This document shows positions 37,323 through 50,712 of a stretch of DNA of 50,712 nucleotides, one piece after another. The position numbers and the translations under genes are program-made. Positions within the stretch are counted from its first letter, which is position 1. Each line of letters starts with the position of its first letter. Below the pieces are notes generated by a model. The model worked only from the letters and a program-made list of their open reading frames with translations. It was not told the origin of the DNA and made no database searches. The DNA is from Eremomyces bilateralis CBS 781.70 (lineage: Eukaryota), in NCBI GenBank assembly GCA_010015585.1, contig ML975171.1, one strand, 5' to 3'.

Positions 37323-40271
37323 ATGGGGAAAATCGAGGTATTGGAGGACCTCCCGATCCATCCTAAGCCTGAAGAGCAAGGAGAACCGAAGGGCAAATTG
37401 TCCCTAGATGGAATTATCGCTACATTATCGAATCAGCCGAGCGCAGATGAACTTCGCGGAATATTGGAGGGTCTGCGAGATGGCCCAAACCTCTCGTTCA
37501 TCAAGGAAGTCCCAAATTCTTCAAACACAAGATTGGTTTCTACGCTCCTATCCCATACGATATCAAATTTCTGGGATTTGCTTGCAGAAGAAAAAACATA
37601 TTCGTATGAGAAGCGGCTATTTGTCGAATTCTTCCGAAGTATCACTGGCCTAGGCGCGATTGTTGCTTCACTCAAGACGAACTGCGCGAAAGGGAAGAGT
37701 TCGGCGTCGAAGAGCGAGAAAGTCGATGCTTTAAATCAATGCCGGAGACTGAGGGACCTCCTGAAATGGGCACTGCTCCCAGAAGATGTTTTATTACAAA
37801 TGCACAAAACGATCCTAGCCCATTTGAAAGACGAAAGAACTAGGAAAGCCCTTTGGCGGGAATACGTTCAGCTACTTGGCTCTGGCCGAATCCCTTCTGC
37901 CGTCGCTGAGGCTGAGGACCTTCTACGAGAGGGTGGTCTTGAGAGTCAAGGCAGCTGGCTCGGAGATGGTCGCGAATATTCCCGATGGTTGTCTCGGAGA
38001 ATTGCAACTTTTACTGGGACGGAAAGCAGGGGGGATGAATACATCGCCGCAGGACAGCTTTGGACCAAGGCTCAGTCTCTGGGATACTCCGATCTCCTCA
38101 CTGATAGTCTTTTCCGCCATATCCTATTCACTAGCGGAAAAGATGGATCTTCCGTGGAGGCTTTTGTTCGCGCTCTTCCAAAAGTGGATCAACGGAAGTT
38201 CCTCCAAACCACAGTAACCTGGCTGTCACGTCTATTCCCCTATACACTTTCATCTAAAGAGGAGGATATATTCAGAGCCATCTCTCTAGCATCTTCAATA
38301 CTCCAAAGGGTCGTACGGGATGACGACTCGTTAAAAGACCACGTCGTCGATATGGTCACCAAATCTCTCAACTCACGCCAAATCTTCACGGTTGTCACAC
38401 TACGGACATTGCTACTACTCCTATCCAAAGACAACGAACGAATGCAAACCCTTCTACAGCAATCCCAGGAGCAATTTGGCGACAAGCTATACATAAAACA
38501 CGCGCCTATTCTCCACCAGGAACAACTGGCACAAGCTGAGCTCATCTGCGCCGGGTATATCCATCGCTCACAGAAAACGGCACTCTTTGCACTTGGAAGA
38601 TCATCAGCACATATCAACGGCATCTCGAATCGACTGGCATCGACTTCTCAAAAAGCAAGATGGCTGGGGATGGTGGTTGGCATGGCAATTTCCAAGTTGA
38701 TTGACAAACCCGAAAATAAAATGGATTTTGATGATGATGAGCTCAAGAGCGCGGAAGCTAAGAAATATTACTCTCTCTTGGAAGTGAAGGATAGCGTGGC
38801 TCCTCTCGAGCAGGTTAACGACTACTTGAAACATTCCAAGCCCGCCATTGCCCCTTCACCAAGGGCTGCAAAACCCGAAAAGTCGACACAGAAGCCTGTA
38901 ACGCGAAGACTCGAACCCGGAAGTTCTCCAAAACCACTCCGAGAGCGCCTCATCGGCGGCTCCAGCCCCCAGCTTATCAAGCTCTTCGACTCCCCCGACA
39001 CCCCCCACATCACTCCCTACGCCAAAGCCGACTCCGACCCCGACGAACCCGAACCCGACCCCACCCTCGTCAACCGCGAGAAGCCCCGCCCGCCCGTCTA
39101 CATCCGCAACCTTATCGCCGGACTCAACGATAGTGAGAACTACGATCGACACAAGCTGATGCTGGAGTCCGCGGAGGGGCTGATCCGGCGGAAAGCGAAC
39201 TTTGGAGCGGAATTGAAAGATCGGACGGAGGAGTTGTTGAGTGTGTTGATCGGGATGCAGGATCATTTTGATCTGGATAATTTCAGCGAGTTGCGGCAGA
39301 AGGCCGTCGTTGCGATGACGGTGGCCGAGCCGTCGAGGTCCGCGCAGTGGCTCGCGAGGTCGTTCTTTGAAGGAGATTACTCGATCAGTCAGAGGTTGAC
39401 GATCCTGAGTGCGATGGGACTAGGGGCATTGGAGCTTTCGGGGCTGAAACACGATGGGTCGACATCAAATGCTGGGCCGTCCAGGCAAGCGAAGTTCGCA
39501 GATGACAAAAGTATTCCGAAGGGAGTCCGTAAAGCCCTTGCTTCGAGTTCCAGGCCACTGAACATGGCTGTATCTGCCGTTGAACGGCAGATAATAGAGC
39601 CATTCGCGTTGAAGGCGGCGGATGAGGTGAGCGGTCCGGACTCCCTCAAGGTGCGGACATTCTCATCGAAGACCTTGGCAAAGAGGCAGCGGCCGAAACC
39701 CAAGGTGAATGATTTTGCGAAGGTGGTGGCTGAAGACTTCTTTTTTCCCCTAACTGCACGGTGGTGGGGTCATATACAGGCATTGTAAGATACATGAATT
39801 CCCATTTCCCCCTGCTAGTGAGATAGGTTTGACGGACTAACAAAGAGCAGTGGCCAAAAAGACATCCGATTCTCCCCTATGATCCTCCCGATCTTCCTCC
39901 AGACCCTCGCTCTCATGGTGGAGGCAGCAGGGCCTTCAAATGTTTCATTGCCACAGATAACCTCGGAGTTATGGGACATTCTCCTGTCCCTCCGTGCTTC
40001 AGCCATGAACGAGATGGTCGTTCTGGAAGCTGTGCTATTTTCTATCCTTGTCCTGCTCGAAGCCAACCAGGACCATCGTCGATTGGTGTCGTCACACCCG
40101 AAGGAGCTCGTGGAGACCTCTCAGTGGGCGAAGGATATATTGGACAAGGTTGAAAATGGGGAACTGCAAGGGGAGAAAGTTGGGATGCTTGCAGCCGGGG
40201 TATACGTGAAGGCCCAAGAGATCGTGAAGGAGTTCCAAACGGAGCTGTTCGGCAATATGATCGACTTTTGA
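37323..40271 (+). CDS. TEL2: Telomere length regulation protein Tel2 (TTT complex); 2 exons
   Basis: Motifs PYAKADSDPDEPEPDPTLVNR..PRPPVYIRNLI (DSD-type motif), LIRRKANFG, FFEGDYSISQRLTILSAM, KVRTFSS, FFFPL. Intron begins at 39785. Confidence 0.92.
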
Positions 40272-40324
40272 GGAAGTCGGAGCGGAACCCATCGCCATAG
40301 AGTCTGCTACGCGGGTTCGGTTGC

Positions 40325-43300
40325 TCAGCTGTCCAAGATGCCGGACTCCTTGAGGCTCTTGAAAAGCTCGGGCTCCAAGAACTTGCTGACGGTGACATCT
40401 TCCGCCAATCCTTTTCTGCGCCGGGTCTTCAGGACGAAGTCACGAGCAGTAGCCTGAGCGGATGCAGGTTCCAAAGGACGTAATTTGATGTCCTTGTCAA
40501 GCGGATCACCGGGCACAGTCTGCCACCTGTCAAAGACCAAAGATACCGTAGCCTGACCTTGGGTGTGTATCTAATGGCAGAATTAGCAAAACACAATTGT
40601 ATCAACAGTCTTAGACTTGAACTTACCCTTAGATCGGTCTCGAAACCGAACGAGTCGATGACAGGAATTTGTCCTTTAACGTGATACAGTGGTGTACCGG
40701 CAATGGGTTCCTCCTGCAGCACATGCCCTCTTCGTTTTGCCAAGACAGTGTACACGCCCTTGATCGCATCCGCGGCACCAATGACTCGGCAACTGTAGAC
40801 TGGTTCCATTAACCGTGGATTTGCCATGAGGAAACTGCTATAGCACGCTCTCCTTGCGGTCGGAATGATTTGACCTCCTCCACGGAAGATCGCCTCGCTC
40901 GCTAGCGATACATCCGTGATCTTGAACTTGGTGTTCCGGATCGGTTCTTCGCACAATGGGCCCTCTCTCGCCGCCCAACTGAAGCCTTGTCGAATGGTCT
41001 CTCGCACACCACGCAGCAGTTTTTGATCGACGTCCGAGGGCAGCGTATCGTTCTGTAGAATGTTCGGCCCCATATCGTCCGGTCCAAACGCCCAGATATT
41101 GCGAGAATCGATCAGGTCATAGCCGTAATGGTCCTCAAAGAACTTGGCAACTTTGCGTATCGGGTCTTTGATGTTGACCTTTCCAGATTCGATATCCTCT
41201 GCAATGCCGTCATCCAGCGGCTCGGCCACCATGGTAATCTTGTTCTTCTTGTTCGGAGTAATCGCGTAGCATTTGATCGCTGAGGCTTCGACGACTGTCT
41301 CGCAGAAACGAGTGACCGGATCGGACACTTTCAGCTCGATCTCGGCGTACAAGCGCCGTAGGTCATGGAGCACGCAATCCATATACAATTCCCCCGTGCC
41401 CAGAATGATATGCTCGCCGGACTCTTCGACTTTCGTCGTGACCAGCGGGTAGCTCTTGTTGATCTTGCGGAGGCCGTCTAACATCTTTGGCAGCTCGGAG
41501 GGATTAATCGGTTCCACCGCAACTTTGAACACCGATTCGAAGAAATGCTTGACCGGCCGGAAGATGTATGCGTCTTCGTTCTCGGGGAGCTTGGGCGCTA
41601 CCACGGTGGCGGATTTGACGATGGAGTTATCGATGCCACCCAGAAGAGCAAAGTTTCCGGCGGGGACGCCGCTTGTGGGGACGTTGTATCGTGCCTCGGA
41701 TATCCACACGTCGGACACGGTTGCCGTAACCATGTCTTCCTCGTCCTCCATCGTATAGCCTTCTCCAAGGACGCGAACCTGTTGGCCAGGACGCACGGTT
41801 CCACTTAATACACGGCAGAAAGCATAGAAAGCTGACGCATCGGAGGTGTTGAAGAGCTTGGTGACATGCAGGATTAATGGACCATCTTGATCGCAATCGC
41901 GGATAGCGGCCGCAGTTTTGGTATCGGTTGGGCCGGTGTAGAACCGGTCGAGGAATCGATTTGCTCCATCGGCGGGAGAAGGGATATGATCAACAACCAT
42001 ATCAACAAAACCAGAACAAGGCCCAAAGAACCGGGAACAAACAAGGCACAAAAGTTCCTTCGCATCCGTCTTGTATTGTGACGGCTTGAGTTCAATCCCA
42101 AGACTTCCCAAGGTCTCCTTCAGGTCTTCGGGGCTTTCGCTAAGAGCATGGGAGTAGAGCTTGTAAATAGGCTCGAGGACAAATGACACGAACGATCGCT
42201 TCGCCCCTTCTTCAATTCCCTTTCGCGTGAACTTCCGGCTTCGGGGATTGAAGAAGATGTCTCCCCATAACCTCATCGTGAAGTCGTCCGAACTAAGCCC
42301 GGGGTAATTGGAGGCGTACATTTTCGCGAACGAAGGAAGAGTGAAGCACCAGCCCATAGTGGAGCATGCGAACGCGACGTTGCCCTTTTCTGGACTTAAT
42401 CGCAGTTTCTCGCCTCGGCCAGGAACCGTGTTTTCGATGATGGTATTCACCTCCTCAACGACATGCTTCAGCTTGAAGTATGCATCGGAGGGCGGAAGTT
42501 TTAGCTCGAGGATGAGCCGATCGACCTTGTTGATTACCAGCGTCAAGGGCAAATCTTCGAGAACGGCGTGCTTGATGGCTAGCTCGGTCGTCACTTGCAC
42601 GCCTTCGACGACGTCGACAACGAGGATAGCACCATCGGCCAGTCTGAGAGATGCGGCAACCTCATCTGCGAAGTTGACATGTCCGGGAGTATCGATAACG
42701 TTGACCAAATTGGATTTGCCTTTGGTCGTCTGCAATACCAAGCTCATCGCAGACGCCTTGATCGATAATCCTCGCTCCCGCTCAAGGTTGTGGGTGTCTG
42801 TGTATCGCAGTTGTTCGTCCCGTTTCTTTCCCACCCGTCTATCGAGTCTCGCTTGGATCGCATGTGTCTCCATGACAAGCATGTCAATGAATGCCGTCTT
42901 CCCATGATGTAGATCTCCGACAAGGACAATATTCCTCACTTGGTCCGGATAGTTCATGATATCCGCCATGAAGTCCCGGGAGTAAAGCACCGGCGGCAGG
43001 TCCGTCTCTTCCAAGGTGAACTTCTTCTGCACCACCGGCGCAATGATGGGCTGGGACAATGGCTGGGTATCCTCTTCTTGTACCATCGTCTCGACATCTG
43101 CTCCGTACACTTGCTGAGCTGTCGGATAGTACTGCTTGTCTTCGTGTAAGACGACGGCATTTGAAGGCCCTTCTTCGTCCACTTCCATGAGCTGCTGGTC
43201 ATGTCCAGCCTCCTCTTCCTCCTCTTCGTCATAGACATATGCATCGGCGGTTGGGACAGCTGTCTGCTCCTCGTCGGATTCGGATTCCGGCTCGCCGATG

Positions 43301-43379
43301 TAGTTGCCGAACCTGCAATTGTCAGTTCGTAGCTCCATCAATTGATGTGTGTGACATACTCATCGTAAAGGTCGTCCAT
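40325..43379 (-). CDS. SNU114: U5 snRNP 116-kDa GTPase (EFTUD2/Snu114); 3 exons
   Basis: MDDLYDE|FGNYIG, acidic N-terminus, VVLHEDKQYYP, HHGKT, DTPGHVNF, INKVD, EF-2-like domains, C-terminal ARDFVLKTRRRKGL. Introns 43313-43359 and 40571-40626. Confidence 0.97.
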
Positions 43380-43830
43380 GGCTGCGATCAGCTGCTGTGA
43401 TATGCGTCCAAGGCTAGATTACAAATTGCGCGTGTATATAGAAGACACCGCAGTTTCGTAATACAAGCCTAGATCTCTAGCCTTTTACAACCAGCGCGCA
43501 ACGTATATTATCAGTCGCGTTGTCGTGTTGAGATTGCATGGTGAGTGTCTGGGAAAAGTTCATGGTAGCCTGGGTGCCTCAGGCAAACATATATGCAGGA
43601 TTATCCCTGTTACTCGAAGTTCGCCCCCCTGTCCACATCCCTGTCGCCCCCCCAACCGTCTTCTTCTTGAGATGCGATGCCGCACATCTTCGAGGAGGTG
43701 ACGACGACCAATTTTTCGATCTCAACGCAACAACTATTCGAAGGACTTTTGCAAGATTGGCAGCTTTCTGAATTCCTTTTGACGCATTACCCAGGATATA
43801 CTCTATCACTCTATATACCATAACGCCACT

Positions 43831-45240
<1,410 letters not shown>

Positions 45241-45571
45241 ACGTGGAGCCAGGGACGGTGACTGTGGGTTGGTTGAGGGCAACATCGGTTGTGAGTTGGG
45301 GGATTTGAGCATACGCTGCTAAGCGAGGTTCCAAGCGGCTAGGAATTGTGATAGAGCCATAGGCCACCGAATAACGTAATGGAAGTATGAACAGGTCATA
45401 TCCCTGTTTATGAACGGTTAATACTGTACAGTGCGTGATCTGAGTTCCTCGATAGTAGCATTCTTATGCCCCGTAGACAAAGTATGGCACCCGAAATATC
45501 CCATGATACGCCATCCATGCTTATCTACCACCTATTGTGGGAATTATAGAACAGAATACAATGCAGCGTAT

Positions 45572-47541
45572 CTATATCTCGTCTCTCTCATATAAAGCAT
45601 CTCTTCCAGGGAATTTGAACTGCCAGCTCCGCCTCGTGATCGGCAATCCGAGCCAAAAGTCCCAGAGCCGACTCGATTCAAGGATGATGATATTCCATCT
45701 AGTCTTGTTAGTTCGGAGCGAAAGACCTCTGGGGTAGATACCACTCACAATCGGCCAGGGAACGCAATCCAGCTCTTCAGCACGAACTTATATGCTCGCC
45801 ACACCAAATCCACTTCCTCCCAGAATATCTCTATGGTCGTCAACCCTTTGCTTGGGCGCCTCGAAAAGTCTGGATATCCATCATCGTCCACCTTTTCTCC
45901 TTTCTTTCTCGTTGCCGGCGATCCGCTACTCTTCGACTCCTCAACCCGCTCTCGATGCGTCTTATTCTGCACCACCGGCCTGCCCACCCGCTCCTCGAGC
46001 ATATGTCGAAACTGCTGCACCGCATGCAAACTCCTACTCACCCTCCCCAGCGTATTCACCAGCGCTACCAGCTCCGTTCTCCGGAGTGGCGGGTCTTTGC
46101 TCGGGTCGTTCTCGTCGAATTCGAACAAAACCTTCAGCGCGGTGCCGTAGCCGGCCGTCTGAAGTTTGCCCCACAGTCGGCACTTGTCGCAGCCGACACA
46201 GTCCATGATGCGGCTGATGTTGCGGAACCGGTTGCGGAAATCTTCCTTGAGCCCGACGGCGTCGGGGGACTGGAACATGACGGTCTCGTCGAAGATCTCG
46301 TGGCCGGACGGGATCGCGTCCGCGAGGCTCAGGACGAGGCGTTTCGTCAGGCGATCTTGCTCGGGGTCGGCGGAGCAGTATTTGTAGTTCGTGACGTGAT
46401 TGCGAAGCTTCGAGGTGGCGCGGAGGAGGAGGGCGTAGTTGAAGTACATGTTGGAGAGGCGCTCCGGGTAGTCATGGAGACGGGCGAGATAGCATTCGAG
46501 GTTCGGGCCCCATTGCCCGGTCGTTTGGTTGAGGTAGTCGGCGCAGATGTGCGCGGTGATGGAGGTGTGCATGCCGCTGACAACGCGGTAGAAGACTCGC
46601 TTTTCGATGCAGGAATCCTCGAACTCGAGTCCGTCGAGCTGGGAGGTGGCTTTCCCCTTGGCGATTGCGTTTTGGACTTGTTGCTGCACGCCTTGCTCAT
46701 GTAGCACGCTCCGGAGATCGCGGGCCGCTTGAGCTTGGAAGAGGCTGCCTTCCCAAGTACTGGACTCTTCGCTGATTCCAACCTCAGCGGGTTCTTTCGT
46801 GAAGCAGTTTTCACCATATATGGTTTCCCACACCTGCTGAGCCCCCACTCCGGCATAGCCTGTGAATCGCTCGGGGTTATCCACCAAGCTGACGTAGTCG
46901 CCCTTGGAGGAAGCTCGTTCGTCTTCCGGGATGCAGTAGTCTCGTTCGTCGCATTCGTCGTCCGACTCTAAGACACATGTTTCTTCCACACTTTCCCCTA
47001 GCTCGCCCTGTAGAGGACGATCTGACTCTCGCGCCCCCTGCTCTCTCCTGCCTGGATGAGTGGCCTTAGGACCCTCCAACTTCCCCAGCTCACTTGCTCT
47101 CCATACCAACGGGATGTCTTCCTCATTGTCTAGCGTATTCACAGCGCAGGCTATATTCCCGCACATCTCATTTTCTTCGGACCAGAAGGGGCATTTCTTG
47201 TTATACAGGTTTACTCGGTAGTAGGAGAAGAAGTCGGTATTCTGCGTGATCGATTGGACGTAGGGTTGAAGGATCGAATTGAGGTTCTCTAAGGTGGAAT
47301 AAGTGGCACAGGCATCTGATACCACTGCGCCTGGTTCGAACTGAAAGGAAGATGGTTTAGTTCCTGGCCGACCTCCACGACCGACGGTTGCCGCTTTTTG
47401 GACTCTTTGGCTTACCGCGCAGACATTTGGGCTGGGATCCGTCACGCTGGAGGACGGTGTGCCTCTTGCGTCCTCGCCAGCATGTGTAGAGCCTAACAAG
47501 GTGAATACCGCCAGGTAAAATACCCTTGCTGCGGACTTCAT
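45572..47541 (-). CDS. ERO1: Endoplasmic reticulum oxidoreductin 1; 3 exons
   Basis: Signal peptide MKSAARVFYLAVFTLL. Motifs CPFW...MCGNIAC, NPERFTGY, SGMHTSITAH, RNISRIMDCVGCDKCRLWGKLQ. In-frame intron 47341-47415; final intron ~45699-45748 gives a last exon ending RDEI*. Confidence 0.96.
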
Positions 47542-48070
47542 ACTTGCAGACACGACCTGTGACTACCGTGCCCAAATGTCAGCGTCTTGTATATAGATTG
47601 CCATTTTCGAGAGAGGACTGAAAACAAGAGGAAGATATAGGCTTTCAACACCCAAGTATACATTATCTCTTCTTTGAGGCCACGGGGCAGCCGTTTCAAG
47701 CCGGCTGGGATAAAGGAAACACTTACAGTTTTGGGCGAATCGGCTTGAAGCGTACAGAGATCTCCTTCCGGACAGCGAGGGCTTTGACAAAGATTATTCG
47801 GGGTCCATGGCTAGTGAGCTCCAAGGACCTTAGTGCGGAGAGTGAACAGATTAAATATCAACCTGGAGAAACCAGGATGGGAAGCAGTACTCCGGCAGTA
47901 AATTAAAGCCAGGTTGCAGATTGATCTGATATCAAGATCAATCCACTGTGGCATGACATCGCCATTGGGATCCCGTACGCCCGTCAGCCACAGCGGAAGT
48001 CGCGTTCGGCATCCCTGACTCGCGTATTCCGATGCGCTATGATTGGAAATCACCGGTTCATGTCGCCGCC

Positions 48071-48123
48071 GTCACGTGCTGATATTGCCCAAGAAGTGGG
48101 TCTCCATAATCCTAGCACGTGAC
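48071..48123. promoter_or_regulatory. Paired inverted GTCACGTG E-box (Cbf1/bHLH-type) sites in the ERO1 / rhodanese divergent intergenic region
   Basis: GTCACGTGCT (48071-48080) and its exact reverse complement AGCACGTGAC (48114-48123). Confidence 0.55.
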
Positions 48124-48327
48124 TTCAATTTCCTTGCACACCATAAAACTTCTGCATCAACATTTTGAATCTGCTTCATGAGTTTCATCCCCCATCATTT
48201 GGGTCGTCTATTCAAATTTCCCTTGTGAATTGCGCCTTTGGAATATTGCGAGCGTTGTGAAGCATCTGAATTTTAGCGAGTCTTAAGATCTGGCCTGTTA
48301 TCACGCATTTTCTCCATAATCCCTACA

Positions 48328-48891
48328 ATGTCTTCACAGCCGCAGTGGTGGGATTCATATCCCGCGCCAACTACAACTCCCCCTGTGTTTGGCCGCGAGG
48401 AACTCCTCCGCCTTTTCCAAACCCTGGGCGGCGATGTCCTGTCTGCAGGCCTGCTTCTTGTCGATGTCAGAAGGACGGACTATGAAGGTGGTCTTATCAA
48501 GGGCTCGATGAACCTTCCTGCTCACTCCTTCTACCTGAACCGCGCTCCGCTGTACAAGCTGTGCCTCGGTGATGGCGTCACCGGCATCTCTCGAGTTGTC
48601 TTCTTTTGCGGATCCTGTGGGAGTCGGGGGCCACGCGCCGCAGGCTGGTTTGCTGACTATGTCGCCCAACGGGCACAAGAGGACGGGATACCTGAAAGTA
48701 TCAAGGTCTACACGCTTGAGGGTGGGATCAAGGGGTGGGTCAAGGGAGGGCCGGAGTACATCCAGTTCATGGATGCTTTCGAGCCCACCTATTGGAAGCC
48801 AGTTGAGGATCAGGACTCCAAGCAAGGCGATAAGCCGGTTGCAAAGCCACAGGGAGCTCCGGATTCGAAGAGCAGCGAGGGAGCGGCTTAG
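48328..48891 (+). CDS. Cdc25-like rhodanese-fold phosphatase / arsenate reductase (Ych1/Acr2/Ibp1-like)
   Basis: LLVDVRRTDYEGGLIKGSMNLPAHS, active loop FFCGSCGSRGPRAA (CX5R), LEGGIKGW. Confidence 0.9.
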   Translation: MSSQPQWWDSYPAPTTTPPVFGREELLRLFQTLGGDVLSAGLLLVDVRRTDYEGGLIKGSMNLPAHSFYLNRAPLYKLCLGDGVTGISRVVFFCGSCGSRGPRAAGWFADYVAQRAQEDGIPESIKVYTLEGGIKGWVKGGPEYIQFMDAFEPTYWKPVEDQDSKQGDKPVAKPQGAPDSKSSEGAA

Positions 48892-50446
48892 CACGATCTA
48901 AGCGACCATGGGAGGCCTGAACTCGGTCTCCTGTGGCGAGTATGTTATCAATGGTACGTGGTCTCCGTGTTTCCTTTCCTTCAATGTTTGTCAAGTGATG
49001 AGTACACACCATAGTGGTTTTAGGAAGAGCCGTATGAGGGGCGGTGGCATCGACATATGCCCTGCTATCTATGCTTACAAGATGGTTTCTGATAACAAAC
49101 ACTCGAGTTTTGCAGCCAGCGCTTTCTGTACTTATCAGTGCTAACTTTACTCAAGAATAGGCATGGCTTTTTGTCTCTGGGCCATAAAAGGCTAGAGCAC
49201 TACGTTGGACGGAGGCGCAATGGGACTTTTCGTACCGACTTTTCCTAGTCTTTGATGGCATTCCACGAACTCCAGATGTAGGTCATAATCGCATCATCAC
49301 GGCCCCGACTAAATTGCGACGACGTGAGATCGTTCACAAATTCATGGACTGCAGATGTGCGTCCACGGCGGATTGATTATTGGAGACGTCCGCATTGCAC
49401 TCGCTGCAAGGATCCAAACTCCCTGCAGACTGAAAGCGGCCACTCCATCGCTCAAGTGACTTTGACCGCGGGTAGCACACCACTCTGTGCTTCTCACTCT
49501 CTTAGTATTCCTTCGATGCTACCATAATCTCTGAATATCAGGTGGTGGGATCATGGACAAGTCCAATTTCATCACAGGTTTCATCAGAGAGACTGCCTGT
49601 CAGGGCCGAAGTATCTTGACGTGGTTTGAAACTGTTCTTTCCCCTGTCGCCGTTACTTGAGGATTTGGCATGCCTGCAAGCAGGTTATTGATACCGTACA
49701 TTCCTGTTACTTCCACCTCCAACATACCTGCAACCACACTCGTTTCCGTTTCCATGCAACATAGTTTGCCTTAGTTAGCTTAACCTCCCCATGTGCGTGA
49801 TGGGACACCAGCTATGCTGAGAGTTGGGGCGAATCGGAGGTACTTTGACTTCAAACCAACTCAGACTCTCCACACACGTTATGATTTTTATAGTTTTATA
49901 TCAATTGCGCTCTTCAGCCACTTTTCAATATGCGGGACTATGTCTACCTTAAATATTACGAAAGCCTGTTTGCCAGTCCGCTGATTTCCACAGAGTGTAC
50001 GGAGCGCACTTCAGACGCTGCGACAATATTTCTATGCTACAACGCCACCATCATCGTCTTTTCGTTTTAAAAGGTTCATGAAAATGACCAATCTAAGTCA
50101 CGATCCCGCTATAATGCTAGAAAGTCTTCGTCTAAAGTGTGTGTGATATGGGAAGCAACTTCAAACACTTCCACTACGCAGGTCGGTACTTGCGGCCGAT
50201 CAAACTTCCGATTTCTGCGGCCCATACAGTCATGGGACTATTATGACATGTAGTTTTTAAAGTAAATTGGCTCTGTCCAGCCAATCTCTCTAATTCGACG
50301 CTTGACCTTGCGTGAAAGAACAGGCCACCAGCCCATAACGTCGCAATCTCCCTGCGTAGAGGAACGAGTCACTCAGCATATTCGAAAGCAAGCTAATTGA
50401 AGTCTGGGTGACTGATAAGATCTAATACGCTCCTCCCAAAGAAGTA

Positions 50447-50712
50447 TCAACCTTCATATTCTAATCGCCACGCGCTCAACGCCGCGGAGCAAGAAAGAAA
50501 ATGGGGATGATTAACTCCCAATACCTGCTTCCGTAGCTTTGCACATTCATCCATTAACTGGAGAGCTTTCGTCTGCTGTCCCATCGCTTTCCATGTAAAT
50601 GATAGGTTGTTCATGCTGCTCAGCGTGTCTGGATGCTCCGCGCCAAGCACCCTCTTTCTCGTCTCCATCACTTGCACCTCCAGCTCTTCGGCCTCCTTCC
50701 ATCGGCCTTGAT
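50447..50712 (-). CDS. 3' end of a kinesin-light-chain-type TPR repeat protein (typical fungal NLR C-terminus); partial
   Basis: Frame is open to the window edge: QGRWKEAEELEVQVMETRKRVLGAEHPDTLSSMNNL...RKQVLGVNHPH. Confidence 0.88.
   Translation of the reverse strand, partial: QGRWKEAEELEVQVMETRKRVLGAEHPDTLSSMNNLSFTWKAMGQQTKALQLMDECAKLRKQVLGVNHPHFLSCSAALSAWRLEYEG

Noticed and set aside
48950..50400. Possible ncRNA or tRNA in the gene-free stretch
   Set aside because: No cloverleaf, A/B box or snoRNA/snRNA motif could be recognised by eye; an Infernal/tRNAscan search would be needed.

Overview
Gene-dense, intron-containing genomic DNA of a filamentous ascomycete. Evidence: short GT..AG introns, mostly ~50 nt, with CTAAC/CTGAC branch points, a HET-domain gene and an NLR-type TPR gene. 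I see about 21 protein-coding loci and no rRNA, tRNA, CRISPR array or intact transposon. From left to right: a degraded relic; a HET-domain gene; a low-complexity hypothetical gene; a divergent pair of an Mgr3-like TPR gene and a SRAP/HMCES gene. Next is a ~10 kb accessory-looking block (11.6-21.6 kb) of five genes that all start with a signal or anchor peptide: cutinase, an intronless MmgE/PrpD-family protein with an altered catalytic motif, a type-B carboxylesterase, an intronless SGNH esterase and a C-terminally truncated UDP-glycosyltransferase, separated by spacers that include AT/TpA-rich patches. Then come a pseudo-isochorismatase/AlkB-like/GST-like fusion, a frameshifted relic, an LSB1/PIN3-like SH3 gene, a methyltransferase and a membrane hypothetical. 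A housekeeping run follows: UBA3 (with a 6-nt microexon), TEL2, SNU114, ERG10, ERO1 and a Cdc25-like rhodanese/arsenate reductase. The window ends in the 3' end of a TPR gene. The best candidates for novel biology are the secreted MmgE/PrpD protein with its esterase cluster, and the triple-domain AlkB-like fusion. Exon boundaries were derived by eye and family assignments come from remembered motifs; no database search was run.
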